A stretch of 64,000 nt of DNA from an uncultured Halobacteriales archaeon (GCA_964627625.1 CAZVJB010000004.1:3995-67994), one strand, 5' to 3'; shown: positions 46,359 through 57,225, counted from the first letter of the stretch. The notes: generated from the letters alone by a model not told the origin. Numbers and translations are program-made.

Positions 46359-47497
46359 GGTGTAGCCGGAAACTCAATCCCGGACATCACATGCCGCTTG
46401 ATGGCATCGCGCTGCATCTGCGCTGTCTCGCCGACGAACTGCAACGCGCGCACATCGCGAGCGAACCGCTCCGTTCCGCCTTCGCGCATGAAGCCCGTGC
46501 CGCCCTGCACGCGAATCGCCTGCCGCGTCATGGGCACGGCCATCTCGGCGCAAAACGCCTTCGCGCGGGCCGCCCAAACGCCCGCATCCGCTTCGCCGAT
46601 GCGGGCGGCCGCGGTGCGCACAAGGCTGCGACCCGCGGCAAGCTGCATGTCCATCATCGCAAGCCCGTCTGAGACGGCTTGGTATGTGCCGATGGGCGCA
46701 TTGAATTGCCGCCGCGATTCGGCAAACCGCGCGGCGGCGTCAAGCGCGCCGGCAACGCAGCCGCACAAGGCCGCGGCTGCACCGAGTTGCAGCCAGCGGC
46801 GCGCTTGTTCGGCCAGTGCGCCGCCTTGGCCGCTCTGGCCGATGAGAGCCGTTTCGGGCAGTTGCACGTCGTAGAGGTAGACGGTGCGGATGCCGCTGGC
46901 GCGCAATCCCAAGAGGGGTTCGTTCTCGCCCAGGTTGACACCGGCTTGGCCCGCAGGCACGTGAAACAAGGTCGGCCCGCCGCCGACGCCCGCCTTATCG
47001 CGACTTGCGGCCAAGTTGGCCAGCACCAAGAAATGCTTCGCCCCGGATGCATGGATGCCCCAGACTTTCTGGCCGGTGAGGGTGTAGCCCCCCGGCGTGC
47101 GCGTCGCCGTCGTGCCTGGGTGCAGTATGTCGGACCCCATGGCTTCCTCGGCGACAAGCCAGGCCGCAAGCTCACCCGCTAATAGTTGGCCCGCGATGGC
47201 ATGCCCGGCTGCGGAGGCCGCGGCGAGGGCCGTGTTGTGAACCGTGAGAATGGCGGCAGCGCTCGCGTCGACTTGGGCCAATTCGTCGATGGCGAGCACA
47301 AAGGCGCTGGCGCCAAGGCCGGACGCCGCGTCGGAAAATGCGGCAAGACCCAATTGCACGGCGTCGGCCAGCACGGCTTCGGGGACGCGGTCGAAACGAT
47401 CGGCCTGCGCGGCCGCTGCCAAGGTAATCCGGGTCTGGGCGAACTCGCGCACCACTTTCTGGATGGCAAGTTCATCCTCGGAGAGCGCGTAGGGCAT
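46355..47497 (-). CDS. acyl-CoA dehydrogenase family protein
   Basis: GSD, GQKVW, LGLRA, RRQFNAPIG.YQAV, QGGTGF, RDVR. Confidence 0.9.
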   Translation of the reverse strand: MPYALSEDELAIQKVVREFAQTRITLAAAAQADRFDRVPEAVLADAVQLGLAAFSDAASGLGASAFVLAIDELAQVDASAAAILTVHNTALAAASAAGHAIAGQLLAGELAAWLVAEEAMGSDILHPGTTATRTPGGYTLTGQKVWGIHASGAKHFLVLANLAASRDKAGVGGGPTLFHVPAGQAGVNLGENEPLLGLRASGIRTVYLYDVQLPETALIGQSGQGGALAEQARRWLQLGAAAALCGCVAGALDAAARFAESRRQFNAPIGTYQAVSDGLAMMDMQLAAGRSLVRTAAARIGEADAGVWAARAKAFCAEMAVPMTRQAIRVQGGTGFMREGGTERFARDVRALQFVGETAQMQRDAIKRHVMSGIEFPATP

Positions 47498-47599
47498 GCG
47501 GGTCAGTTGTGGATGGGTGCCGGCCCGATAGCCCTTGCTGCCGCGGCGACGTTGTGCCCCTGAGGAAAACCGTTCAAACAACCCACGGCATGCTCCCGC

Positions 47600-48058
47600 A
47601 TGGCCAAGCAACCCGACTCCGCCGCCCCCTCCGCCCCCGCCCCCGCCTATGCCGACGCCTCCTCTCCGAGCGCTGCCCAAGACGCCGCGTGGAAGGAGAA
47701 ACTCACCAAAGAGCAGTACGAGGTGACCCGATGTTCCGCGACGGAACGGCCGTTTACCGGAAAATATTGGAACCACAAAGGCGTCGGGATGTACAAGTGC
47801 ATCTGCTGCGGCGAGTCGCTGTTCAAGTCCGACACGAAGTTCGACTCCGGCACCGGCTGGCCAAGTTTCTGGGCTTCCGTCGACAAAAGCAAAGTGAAAG
47901 AAATCGAAGACCGCGAATACGGCATGGTGCGCACGGAGGTTCGGTGCGCCAAATGCGACGCACACCTTGGCCACCTGTTCGACGACGGGCCGGACCCGAG
48001 CGGGAACCGGTACTGCATCAACAGCGCAAGTTTGGAGTTTGATGGGAAAGAGAAGTAG
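47600..48058 (+). CDS. msrB: peptide-methionine (R)-S-oxide reductase
   Basis: [30 protein letters not shown]. Confidence 0.97.
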   Translation: MAKQPDSAAPSAPAPAYADASSPSAAQDAAWKEKLTKEQYEVTRCSATERPFTGKYWNHKGVGMYKCICCGESLFKSDTKFDSGTGWPSFWASVDKSKVKEIEDREYGMVRTEVRCAKCDAHLGHLFDDGPDPSGNRYCINSASLEFDGKEK

Positions 48059-48141
48059 GGCCCGGGCAGGGTTTTCGGCTACGACTGTAGCTTCGTGGTG
48101 GGCGTAAGAGGCAAACCGAACAGCGAGGAGCGTTGAGATTT

Positions 48142-48810
48142 TCAGGCGCCAAATCCGCAGGATTGACATTTGGGTTTGGCGTTGCCCGCGACGGTCACCA
48201 CTGCCTTGCATCGTGGACACGACAAGCGGCGAAACGCAGGTGTCGGGGCGATGCGCATCGGCGCAGAGGCGGGGGCGGAGCTGGTGCTTTGCTCCAGTGT
48301 GGGCATCATGGGACGGCGCGCCCGCTCCCAAATCTGGCGACGACGTTCCGCAATCGCGCCGGCCTGCTGCTGGAAGGTTTGGCTGCTGCCCTGGCGCATG
48401 ATGCGCCGGACGGTCCAGAAGATTCCCAGCGGGAAGAAGAACAGCCACGCTGCTACCAAGGCCCCGTTAGATTCCTGACGGGGAGGGGCGGGCGGTTGCA
48501 GGGAGTTGTATTCCCGTTCCAGCTCGCGTTTTTGGTCAAGTCCGGCGGCTTGCCACGACCTCTGGAAATGGAGCTTCACGAAGTGGTCATATGTCACGGT
48601 TCTACGGGCGGCCATGCGCGCCAATCCATACCCACTCTCCGTGCCTGCGCCTCGCCGCCCGGCCTCCCCGGCGAGGCGAAGCATGGCACGCCCCGCCGAT
48701 TCGGGGGCATAATGTAACGGTCCCACGACCTCCTGACGCGAAGCCAGGGACCATCCCCAAGCCTCCATTTCTTGGATTGTCGGATTCTCGGCGTGCGGCG
48801 GAACGCTCAC
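48142..48810 (-). CDS. hypothetical single-TM protein with C-terminal Zn-ribbon
   Basis: TM LVAAWLFFFPLGIFW; CPRC..CQSCG; start uncertain. Confidence 0.55.
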   Translation of the reverse strand: MSVPPHAENPTIQEMEAWGWSLASRQEVVGPLHYAPESAGRAMLRLAGEAGRRGAGTESGYGLARMAARRTVTYDHFVKLHFQRSWQAAGLDQKRELEREYNSLQPPAPPRQESNGALVAAWLFFFPLGIFWTVRRIMRQGSSQTFQQQAGAIAERRRQIWERARRPMMPTLEQSTSSAPASAPMRIAPTPAFRRLSCPRCKAVVTVAGNAKPKCQSCGFGA

Positions 48811-49083
48811 AACCTTGGACTCGACCGGCTCCACGGTTCGGACACGTTGGACCCGGTTTATCGGCCTTCCGCGAGACCAGAGAGGAAAAGAAGCAAAAGT
48901 AGAACCTGGGGGGCCCCTCCGGCTCATGGTCACGAATCGACATTGCCAAAATCTGGCTTCTCTCGCTTCGCGCCAGCAGGGGGACTCGTCCGCGTACTTT
49001 GCGCAGTCTGCGGTACCATCGGGGCGCGGCGGCTTGCAACGCACGACAACTTCGGGACCGCATCAGAGGTTCTGCAACCACTT

Positions 49084-50160
49084 CTAGTCTGGCTTCAGCC
49101 GGTACTTGGTCCCACGACGCACTCCTTCGCGTTCAAGAACGCCGACTTCGACGAGTGTTGCCAAGTCGCGTTGTACGCTGCGCTCTGGTATGTGCGGGAT
49201 GGCTGCGTGCACGTCGCTGAACTTGACGCGGCGCGCCTTGTTCCAGCTCTGAATGCGTACGAACCACTCGACGAGTGCGTGCTGGCGCTCGGTAAGATTC
49301 GGGTGGTCGCGTTGGATGTGGAAGCGGCGCACGGCATCATAGTAGGTCTGCCCGAGCACGGTGAAAAGGTAGCCGACCCATGGTGTGTAGTCGTACCCGT
49401 TGCGCTCCACCAAGGAGAGGTTCCGGTAGTAGGGATCCCGATCAGCGTTGAACGTGTAATCCACCTGGGCATAGCGGATTCCCTTGTACCCCTGCGCGTG
49501 CAGGAACCAGGTGAACAGGGCGCGTCCGGTGCGTCCGTTTCCGTCGGGGAAGGGATGGATGCCTTGGAATTCGTGGAAAAAGAGTGCGGCCCGGAAAATG
49601 GGCGGAAGCGGTGCCTCGTGGAGCCAGTCGAGCGCCGCCTGGAGTTCCTTGGTCGTTGACCTTGGAGGGCTCGGGATAAAAATGACGACCTTCGTCCTGC
49701 TGCTGCCGATGAAGTTCTGGGTGTGCTTGATTCGGCCACGCTGCTTGAGAACGCCTTCAAAGAGGCGGGCATGGAGATGGCACACGTCATCGACCGTGCG
49801 GGGAAAGGGTCCGGCGAGTTCCTTCATGAAGGAGGCCCAATTCAGAATCTCCCGTTCATCCGGCTCTGGGTCCAGGGCGCCAGGCGCCGCCTCCAGGAGC
49901 GACTCTACGTCCTGAAGCGTCAGGGGATTGCCTTCGATGCTGGCGGTCCCGTAGGCGTTACGGGCCAGCGCGCGACGCAAGAGCCGGTGCGCGGCCTCGC
50001 TCGTCGCCTCGTAGTGGTGGAGGTCCTGGTCCAGCCGTTCGATGCGGCGTGCCTGGTCCAAAAGCCTCTGGCTTTGCTTGAACCGCGGCTGGAACCCCTT
50101 GGGATTGCGGCGCGCCGTCTCGGGGGTGACCCGGTAGGGCAGGAAGGGGTTATGCGCCAT
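49084..50160 (-). CDS. Fic family protein with C-terminal wHTH
   Basis: TASIEGN inhibitory helix; HPFPDGNGRTGR; RDLATLV. Confidence 0.93.
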   Translation of the reverse strand: MAHNPFLPYRVTPETARRNPKGFQPRFKQSQRLLDQARRIERLDQDLHHYEATSEAAHRLLRRALARNAYGTASIEGNPLTLQDVESLLEAAPGALDPEPDEREILNWASFMKELAGPFPRTVDDVCHLHARLFEGVLKQRGRIKHTQNFIGSSRTKVVIFIPSPPRSTTKELQAALDWLHEAPLPPIFRAALFFHEFQGIHPFPDGNGRTGRALFTWFLHAQGYKGIRYAQVDYTFNADRDPYYRNLSLVERNGYDYTPWVGYLFTVLGQTYYDAVRRFHIQRDHPNLTERQHALVEWFVRIQSWNKARRVKFSDVHAAIPHIPERSVQRDLATLVEVGVLEREGVRRGTKYRLKPD

Positions 50161-50313
50161 CAGCAAACAGAATATGGCGCATAACTACTTCAAAGTGGCG
50201 AATAACTGGCGGAAACGCCGTCAGCCACACCGCTCTTGCGACGTGGTCTTCGCCCCAGGCGTTGACCATGCCGTCCTTCGGACACGGGACCGCTGGGAAG
50301 GGGTTTGAAAACC

Positions 50314-50775
50314 CTACTCCAGTTCCGCCACAACTTCCACTTCAAACGGCACGTTGAACGGTAACTCCGCAACGCCGATGCTGCTGCGCGCGTGCTTGCC
50401 CTTCTCTCCGAACGCCAGAACGAAAAGCTCGCTTGCGCCGTTTGCAACAACGTGGACGTCCGTGAAGCCCGGGCTTGCGGCCGTGAAATTCACGGTCTTG
50501 AGGATACGCACTTTGTCCAACTTGCCGCCAGACGCTTCCTTCAGGATTGCAATGGCGTTGAGTGCGCAGACACGAGCTAGTGCTTGCGCGTCCACCACGC
50601 TTACGTCCTTGGCAACTTTCCCCGTACGGATTGCCTTGCCATCGACCAGCGGCACTTGGCCTGAGACGTAAACAATCTTGCCCGCGCGCGTCCACGGGAC
50701 ATAGGTGGCTGCTGGCTTCGGCGGCATGGGAATCTGGTGACCTGCCGCGGCAAGGCGCTTCTCGACGTCGCTCAT
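50314..50775 (-). CDS. RidA/YjgF family protein
   Basis: YVSGQVP, NGASEL, HARSSIGVAELP..PFEVE. Confidence 0.92.
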   Translation of the reverse strand: MSDVEKRLAAAGHQIPMPPKPAATYVPWTRAGKIVYVSGQVPLVDGKAIRTGKVAKDVSVVDAQALARVCALNAIAILKEASGGKLDKVRILKTVNFTAASPGFTDVHVVANGASELFVLAFGEKGKHARSSIGVAELPFNVPFEVEVVAELE

Positions 50776-50895
50776 GGGCCCAGGAGACCATCCCACAATC
50801 ATGAAGCCAGCGGCGCATTTGGCAAAGCCGGTCTCGCGTGGTTTCGGCTTGCAACCCCCGTAAAGGTTATCCAAGGCCGGCCTGCATCGACCGGC

Positions 50896-52536
50896 ATGCG
50901 TGGCGTCCTGGTTGCGGTTCTCCTATTGACCGTCATGATGTTTTCCGGCTGCACCGGCGACGTCGGAAGCGACTTTGCCCCAATCGCTAGTGCCGACTGG
51001 AAACCGGGATACCAATTCACCACCGCTGTTGAAATGCAAGGCTCCTTTGTCGGAAAGATGTACGTGGACGGCAACCTCATGATGGACGAAGCCGAATCCA
51101 TTGGTCCGGAAACAGCCCCCGGAACGTCGCTGACGGTCCTGTCAACGACGATGCGCGACGGCGACGTGCCCATGTACCTCGTGCGCGCCCAACCGGGCCC
51201 CGATGACGGGGGTTATCTCATGGGCATCCGGCAAGAAGACTTGCTGGTGCGCATGGTCGATTTGAATCAACTGGCCGGCTGCTTGCCTTCCTGCACGAGC
51301 TTGAGTTTCCTGTCCCCGACCCAGCCCGAGCACGCGCTGATCAAGTTCCCGCTGGCACGCGGCATGACATGGACGACCGAGATCCCGGTCGAGGACGCCC
51401 CGATGGGAATCGGCGACACGTGGGCCATCACCTCGCGCGTCCAGGGGATGCAGACGATTGCCAGCAAATTCGGACCCGTCGAGGCCGTGCGTATCGAACA
51501 CACGATTGAGATTCCCGACCTCGAGGAGTTGGAGCGCCGCATCGAGCAGGAAGGCCGTGCAGCGGGCGTCAAGAACGCTCAAGTCAATTTCGAGTTTTCG
51601 GGTTCGCTTGCTTCGCACTTCGCTCCTTCCCTGCATGCAATCGTGCAAACCGAGTTGCAGGTGACCTTCTCTATCCAGATGTCCGGCACGGACCCAGATG
51701 GCAGCCGCATGAGCGGCGACATCCACGGCGACATGCGCGTCACCGAAAAACTCACCGAGGCCCTGCTGGTTGAAACCCCCGAGCTCTCGCTCGCCGAAAT
51801 TCTCGGGGTCGATGTAACACCCGACCCCGTAATCGTGCCTCCCCCGCCGGAGATTCCGTCCGCAATCGGCATCGCCGTGCGCGCGGACAAGAGCGACCTC
51901 AACGCAGCCGACTCGCCAAACGTCATGTTCCGGATTGAATCCAAGTTGGCGCCCGCGGCTGGAGACCGAATCTTTTTGCGCCTCGTCAACGCCCTTGGCG
52001 AAACCATTGCAGCGAAGGAAGGCACGAGTCTCGACTACACATTCGAAGAAATGGGCGCATACAGCGCCGTCGCCGAGCACATGTCCAACGGCGAATTGGT
52101 CGGCCGCGATGTCCTACCAATCCCCGTGCGTTACGAAGCCGACCACGAACTGCTGTGCGGCGTTGTAGTTTGGGACGTCAGGTCGTGCGAGCCGCTGCCA
52201 ATCCCAGTCCGCGTCGGCATCGCCAGCCTCGAAATCGAGGCAGTCCACCGCCTCGTGCCGCTGCCGTTGGCTCGACTCGTCCTGAGCGACACGACGGGCG
52301 AGACCGTCGCAGGGACCACGTTTGATGGCGCGTCCGCAACCATTGCGATGACCGCCTTCACCGAGACCATGTTCGGCACGGATTGGAACCTGCAGTACGA
52401 CACCGTGGCCGGCGTCAACGAGGCCCTTGATGTCCATGTCACGCTGCTACCTTACACCGGTGCGCCGAAGACCATCACCGAACAGGCCATGAACTTGCTG
52501 CACAGGATGCCCACGCCGCATCTTTGGCTGGACTGA
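50896..52536 (+). CDS. large hypothetical lipoprotein
   Basis: MFSGC lipobox; FPL..G.TW and FGPVEAVRIE resemble DUF3108-like beta domain; Pro linker. Confidence 0.75.
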   Translation: MRGVLVAVLLLTVMMFSGCTGDVGSDFAPIASADWKPGYQFTTAVEMQGSFVGKMYVDGNLMMDEAESIGPETAPGTSLTVLSTTMRDGDVPMYLVRAQPGPDDGGYLMGIRQEDLLVRMVDLNQLAGCLPSCTSLSFLSPTQPEHALIKFPLARGMTWTTEIPVEDAPMGIGDTWAITSRVQGMQTIASKFGPVEAVRIEHTIEIPDLEELERRIEQEGRAAGVKNAQVNFEFSGSLASHFAPSLHAIVQTELQVTFSIQMSGTDPDGSRMSGDIHGDMRVTEKLTEALLVETPELSLAEILGVDVTPDPVIVPPPPEIPSAIGIAVRADKSDLNAADSPNVMFRIESKLAPAAGDRIFLRLVNALGETIAAKEGTSLDYTFEEMGAYSAVAEHMSNGELVGRDVLPIPVRYEADHELLCGVVVWDVRSCEPLPIPVRVGIASLEIEAVHRLVPLPLARLVLSDTTGETVAGTTFDGASATIAMTAFTETMFGTDWNLQYDTVAGVNEALDVHVTLLPYTGAPKTITEQAMNLLHRMPTPHLWLD

Positions 52537-52573
52537 ACGGTTTTTGACGGGGGCCCCCGTCGCCGCGCTGTCC

Positions 52574-53338
52574 ATGACCCGAATCGCAGTCCTCGTCAAG
52601 ATGGCGCCGGACGTCACACAACTCAAGATTGACCCAGCAACGCAGGCGCCACGCATGGAGGGCCTTCCTTGGAAGGTCTCCGACTTCGACAAGAACGCCA
52701 TCGAGGCCGCCGTCCGGCTGAAAGAAAAGGGTCAAGCGACCAAAATCACCGCCTACACCTTCAACGGCGGACCAAATGCCATGAATCTCATCAAGGAGCC
52801 GCTGGCGATGGGTTGCGACGAAGCCGTCGTCATCACTGGACCTGACACCGACGGCATCGGCATTGCCCGCGTGCTTGCCGAGGCCATCAAGAAGGATGGC
52901 GCCGATCTCGTGTTTGCCGGCGAAGTCTCCATCGACCGCGTCCAAGGCGAGATTGGCCCGCGCGTCGCAGCACTCCTTGGCATGCCGAGCCTGGCAAACG
53001 CGCAGGAAATTCTCGGCGTCGAAGGCGGCAGAATCAAGGCGACCCGAGCTGGCGACCCGGACGAGACCGTCGACGTGCCGATGCCTTGCGCTGCCACCTT
53101 CAATGACGAGGCAAACCGGCCGCGCCTTCCGGCTCTCATGCAAATCCTGTCCGCAGGGAAAAAGCCAATCCGCCAAACCAAGACATCGGACCTCGGCATC
53201 GCGGACGCGCTACTTGCTCGCCGGATGGCCATGACGAGCAACAAGGCGCCCAAGCAAGAACGAAAAAACATCCTCTTCACCGGTGCAGACGCTGCCGAAC
53301 AGTTGGCCGCAGCACTGCGCAAGGAAGGTGTGGCATGA
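52574..53338 (+). CDS. etfB: electron transfer flavoprotein beta subunit
   Basis: DKNAIEAAVRLKE, LAMGCD, GEVSID, NRPRLP. Confidence 0.95.
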   Translation: MTRIAVLVKMAPDVTQLKIDPATQAPRMEGLPWKVSDFDKNAIEAAVRLKEKGQATKITAYTFNGGPNAMNLIKEPLAMGCDEAVVITGPDTDGIGIARVLAEAIKKDGADLVFAGEVSIDRVQGEIGPRVAALLGMPSLANAQEILGVEGGRIKATRAGDPDETVDVPMPCAATFNDEANRPRLPALMQILSAGKKPIRQTKTSDLGIADALLARRMAMTSNKAPKQERKNILFTGADAAEQLAAALRKEGVA

Positions 53339-54183
53339 GCACCATACTTGTCTGGTCGGATGATGCGAAATTGCTTGCCCAACTGGCAGGCAAAGCCGCG
53401 ACACTCGGGGCGGCACAGGCCTTCGATTCGACGGGGCTGCCTGACCAGGATTCCACTACCCTTGCCCTCGGCCTTGCCTCGGCTGCCAATGCGACCGACG
53501 CGCAACTCATCATGATTGGCGCCACGAAGAAAGGCAAGGATATCGGACCCCGGCTTGCCGCGCACCTCGACTTGCCTTACGCCGCAGAGGTCCAGGAAAT
53601 CTCCGCCGACGGCGGGTGGATCGTAGCGCGAATGGTTCTTTCGGGCAATTCACGAGCCACCTACACGCTGGGGCCGCGCGCCGTCGTGTCGGCAAACCCC
53701 AAAACGTTCGAGGCCGGCGCCGCGGCTGCGGCAACGGTCGGGGCGACCGGCATCGCCGCAAGCCCGGTCAAAGTCGTCGGGAAAAAGGAAAAGCCGCACA
53801 GCGACTTTGACCTCGGCTCGGCGCTCGTCGTAATCGGCGTCGGACGCGGCTTCAAACAGCAGGCGGACATCAAACTCGCCGACGAATTGGCCAAATGTTT
53901 TCCTGGCGGCGCCGTCGGCTGCAGCCGACCAATTGCTGCCGACCTGAAGTGGCTAGGCGAGGAGCACTGGATTGGACTTTCGGGTCATGCCATCAAGCCC
54001 AAGGCGTACATCGCGTGCGGCGTGTCTGGCCAGATTCAACACGTCGCCGGGATTCGCGGCGCCAAGCTAATCGTCGCCATCAACACCAACAAGGAGGCCC
54101 CCATTTTCCAGGTCGCCGACTACGGCGTGATTGGCGACCTTTACCAGGTCATTCCTAAGCTTGTGGCCAGCCTCAAGCAGTGA
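53335..54183 (+). CDS. etfA: electron transfer flavoprotein alpha subunit
   Basis: VGCSRP, IGLSG, GVSGQIQH, AINT..APIF..ADYG. Confidence 0.95.
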   Translation: MSTILVWSDDAKLLAQLAGKAATLGAAQAFDSTGLPDQDSTTLALGLASAANATDAQLIMIGATKKGKDIGPRLAAHLDLPYAAEVQEISADGGWIVARMVLSGNSRATYTLGPRAVVSANPKTFEAGAAAAATVGATGIAASPVKVVGKKEKPHSDFDLGSALVVIGVGRGFKQQADIKLADELAKCFPGGAVGCSRPIAADLKWLGEEHWIGLSGHAIKPKAYIACGVSGQIQHVAGIRGAKLIVAINTNKEAPIFQVADYGVIGDLYQVIPKLVASLKQ

Positions 54184-54227
54184 ATCTCGCCAATAAACCT
54201 AAGGCGGGGACGGCGCGTGTCCATGCC

Positions 54228-54950
54228 GTGCGTGTTGTCCCGTTCGTCGCCATCCTACTCGTGCTGCCGTTCTCGGGCTGCCTCGACTTCGGCAGCCACC
54301 GCGTCACGGCGACAGACTACCTGCAAGGTGATTACGGCAAGTGGCTCGTCGAAATTGATTCGTCCTCGGGCTCCCGGCCGGACGCGAGCCTCCTTACGTT
54401 CCTCGACAACCGTTTGACGCCGCTTGTCAACAAACCGAGCGGCATCGAGTTCTACTCAGATGATGCCCTGTCGTCAAGCCAGGCCGCGTGGGACGACGGC
54501 CAAATATTGGATTACGCGAAGTCGCACCGCAGCTTTTCGACGGGGGGAGACCAAGTCGTGACCCATCTCATGTTCCTCTCGGGCCACTACGCCGGCGATA
54601 CCGGCCAAGGCAAGGTGCTCGGCATTGCCTTCGACCACGACCTTATCGTCATGTTCCCAGAAACCATCAAAGGGAGCTGCACAATCACCAATTTCTGTAC
54701 GGATGCGGCGCCAATCATGCGCGCTGCGACCCTGCATGAATTCGGCCACGCCCTTGGCCTCGTCAACCACGGCATCGGCATGGTAACCCCGCACGAGGAC
54801 TCCGGGCATCCCGGACATTCCAGCAACCAGCGGTCGGTCATGTACTGGGCCGTCGAGACCAGCAATATCGTGGCGTTACTTGGCGGCGGCATCCCGGAGG
54901 ACTTCGATGCCAACGACCGGGCGGACATGCGCGCCGCCGGCGGCCAGTAG
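54228..54950 (+). CDS. zinc metalloprotease lipoprotein (matrixin-like)
   Basis: FSGC lipobox; HEFGHALGL...H...SVMY Met-turn. Confidence 0.85.
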   Translation: MRVVPFVAILLVLPFSGCLDFGSHRVTATDYLQGDYGKWLVEIDSSSGSRPDASLLTFLDNRLTPLVNKPSGIEFYSDDALSSSQAAWDDGQILDYAKSHRSFSTGGDQVVTHLMFLSGHYAGDTGQGKVLGIAFDHDLIVMFPETIKGSCTITNFCTDAAPIMRAATLHEFGHALGLVNHGIGMVTPHEDSGHPGHSSNQRSVMYWAVETSNIVALLGGGIPEDFDANDRADMRAAGGQ

Positions 54951-54999
54951 GCGGCCTCCCCATCGGCACACCTAAGGCGATGGTTCGGCTGGCAAGCCC

Positions 55000-57225
55000 G
55001 TGGAATGCGTCCCGAAGCCGGACGCCCCGTGCCGGGCGAACCTCGACCTCATGCCTGCGGACACGGCCATGTGGATGTACATTCTCACGGCCGTATCGCT
55101 TGCCGTGTTCGCCTACGGTTTCTGGGAGATGGTGAAGGTCTGGCGCCTGGGCCGGTCGTGGAAGCCCGGCGACTGGCGCCGCGGCCTGGCGCGGCTCGCA
55201 ATCGGCATGGCCACCCACCGCAAATTCATGCAGGACAAGAAGCCTGGGACCATGCACTCATGGATTTTCTACGGCTTCGTCGTCCTCTTCATCGGAACCA
55301 CGATTGTCGCAATCGACTACGACATTTTTGAGGCCATCTTCAACAGCAAACTCCTCTACGGCAACCAATACCTCTTCTTCGAGGCCGTCATGGACATTTT
55401 CGGCGTTGTTCTCATCGTCGGCACCGGCTACGCCCTGTGGCGGCGCTACGTCGAACGCCCATCGCACCTGCACCGGACGGCGACACCTGAGGCACCGCGC
55501 TGGATGATGGGCATCGAGGCCGACGCTTATGCGCTAGTTTTCCTGTTGCTTATCGGCGTCACCGGGTTTTTCCTCGAAGCAATCCGTCTGCGGTACCAGG
55601 TGATGCACGACGGCATCAACTACGAAACTTGGTCCTTCGTTGGTGCCGCCATGGGATTCGGGATTCGTGGCCTGGACACCGGCCAACTGCTGACCATCTA
55701 CCCATTCATGTGGTGGTTACACTTCGCATTGTGGTCGTCCGTTCTGGCCGTCTTGCCATGGACCAAATTCAAGCACATCGTGACAAGTTCGCTCAACTTG
55801 TACTTCCACGACCCGCTGCGCCAGAGCCGCCCCGAATTGCCGGCACCATTCTCGCTTGCCAAAATCATTGAGTCGGGGTCGACAGATCTGCCGCCGGTAG
55901 GCTACCAGACCATTCGCGACTTCACGTGGAAGGACCGCCTCAGCCTCGACGCCTGCACCAACTGCGGCCGCTGCGAAGCGCAGTGCCCTGCCACCGCGGC
56001 CGGCCGCCCCCTGTCGCCGCGCAAACTCATACAAGACCTCAAGGCCGAGATGTGGAACGACTACCGTTGGGGCAAGGCCGCTGGAGCATCGCACACGCCG
56101 GCAAAGCTGACCCACGCGGCCGATGGGGCGGTAAGCGCGGCCCTGTCCGAGGCAACACTCTGGTCGTGCACCACGTGCAGGGCGTGCGTCACGGCCTGCC
56201 CCGTCGACATCGAACATGTCGACCTCATCATGGAGATGCGGCGCGGGCTTGTGATGGAAAACAAGCTCGACGAAAACCAGCAACGCCTGCTGGTCAACAT
56301 CACAAACGCAGGAAACCCGTACGGCTTCCCGGCATCCGACCGCGCCAACTGGACAGCGGGTCTTGCTCCTGGCGTGATTGTGCCGACCGTGGCCGAGAAG
56401 GCGGCGCGCGGCGAAAAGGCGGACTACCTGTGGTGGATCGGCTGTTCTGGATCCTACGACCCGCGTAACCAGCAGGTGACCCGCGCCATCGCAACCATCC
56501 TCAACGCCGGCGGCGTTGACTTTGCCATCCTGGGCAACGATGAGAAGTGCAACGGCGACCCGGCGCGGCGCATCGGCGAGGAGGGCCGCTTCCAGCAATC
56601 CGTCATGGAAAACATGGCAACCTTCCAGACCCACGGCGTCGTCAAGATCATCGCGCAATGCCCACACTGTTTCAGCACGCTGCGCAACGAGTACGCGCAA
56701 TTCGGGGCGAAACTCGAAGTCGTCCACCACAGCCAACTCATCGAGGACCTTGTCAAGGCCGGGCGCTTGAAACTAAAACCCGGCGCAGAACTCAAGATCA
56801 CGTACCACGATTCCTGCTACCTCATGCGGCACAACGGCGTTGCCGACGCTCCACGCAATGTCCTTGCAAAGGCCAACAATGGGTTGCCGGTGCTCGAAAT
56901 GGCGCAGAACCGCGAGAAAGGGTTGTGCTGCGGCGCGGGCGGGGCCAACATGTGGTACGAGGTCAAGGATGAGAAGGAACGCATCAACGTGATTCGCGCC
57001 AAGCAGGCTGCCGAAACCGGCGCGGACACCGTGGCGACGGCTTGCCCATTCTGCCTTACCATGATGACGGACGGCCTCAACCTCACCGGGCAGGAGGGCA
57101 AAATGTTGGCGCGTGATCTGGCCGAGATTGTGGCGGACCACCTCGACTGGACGCCGCCCGCACCGCCCGCACCGGTGCTGGTCGACGTCGCGGCGGGCGC
57201 AAGCGGCGGCGGATGGTCGGGCTAG
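55000..57225 (+). CDS. fadF: membrane Fe-S oxidoreductase, FadF/EtfD-like (NarI-like TM + 2x[4Fe-4S] + 2 CCG domains)
   Basis: CTNCGRC..CP, CTTCRAC..CP, CNGD, CPHC, YHDSC, CCGAGG, CPFC. Confidence 0.9.
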   Translation: MECVPKPDAPCRANLDLMPADTAMWMYILTAVSLAVFAYGFWEMVKVWRLGRSWKPGDWRRGLARLAIGMATHRKFMQDKKPGTMHSWIFYGFVVLFIGTTIVAIDYDIFEAIFNSKLLYGNQYLFFEAVMDIFGVVLIVGTGYALWRRYVERPSHLHRTATPEAPRWMMGIEADAYALVFLLLIGVTGFFLEAIRLRYQVMHDGINYETWSFVGAAMGFGIRGLDTGQLLTIYPFMWWLHFALWSSVLAVLPWTKFKHIVTSSLNLYFHDPLRQSRPELPAPFSLAKIIESGSTDLPPVGYQTIRDFTWKDRLSLDACTNCGRCEAQCPATAAGRPLSPRKLIQDLKAEMWNDYRWGKAAGASHTPAKLTHAADGAVSAALSEATLWSCTTCRACVTACPVDIEHVDLIMEMRRGLVMENKLDENQQRLLVNITNAGNPYGFPASDRANWTAGLAPGVIVPTVAEKAARGEKADYLWWIGCSGSYDPRNQQVTRAIATILNAGGVDFAILGNDEKCNGDPARRIGEEGRFQQSVMENMATFQTHGVVKIIAQCPHCFSTLRNEYAQFGAKLEVVHHSQLIEDLVKAGRLKLKPGAELKITYHDSCYLMRHNGVADAPRNVLAKANNGLPVLEMAQNREKGLCCGAGGANMWYEVKDEKERINVIRAKQAAETGADTVATACPFCLTMMTDGLNLTGQEGKMLARDLAEIVADHLDWTPPAPPAPVLVDVAAGASGGGWSG

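Noticed and set aside
47498..48448. N-terminal extension of the ACAD ORF (697 aa)
   Set aside because: Antisense to msrB; the ACAD domain starts at MPYALSEDE (47497)
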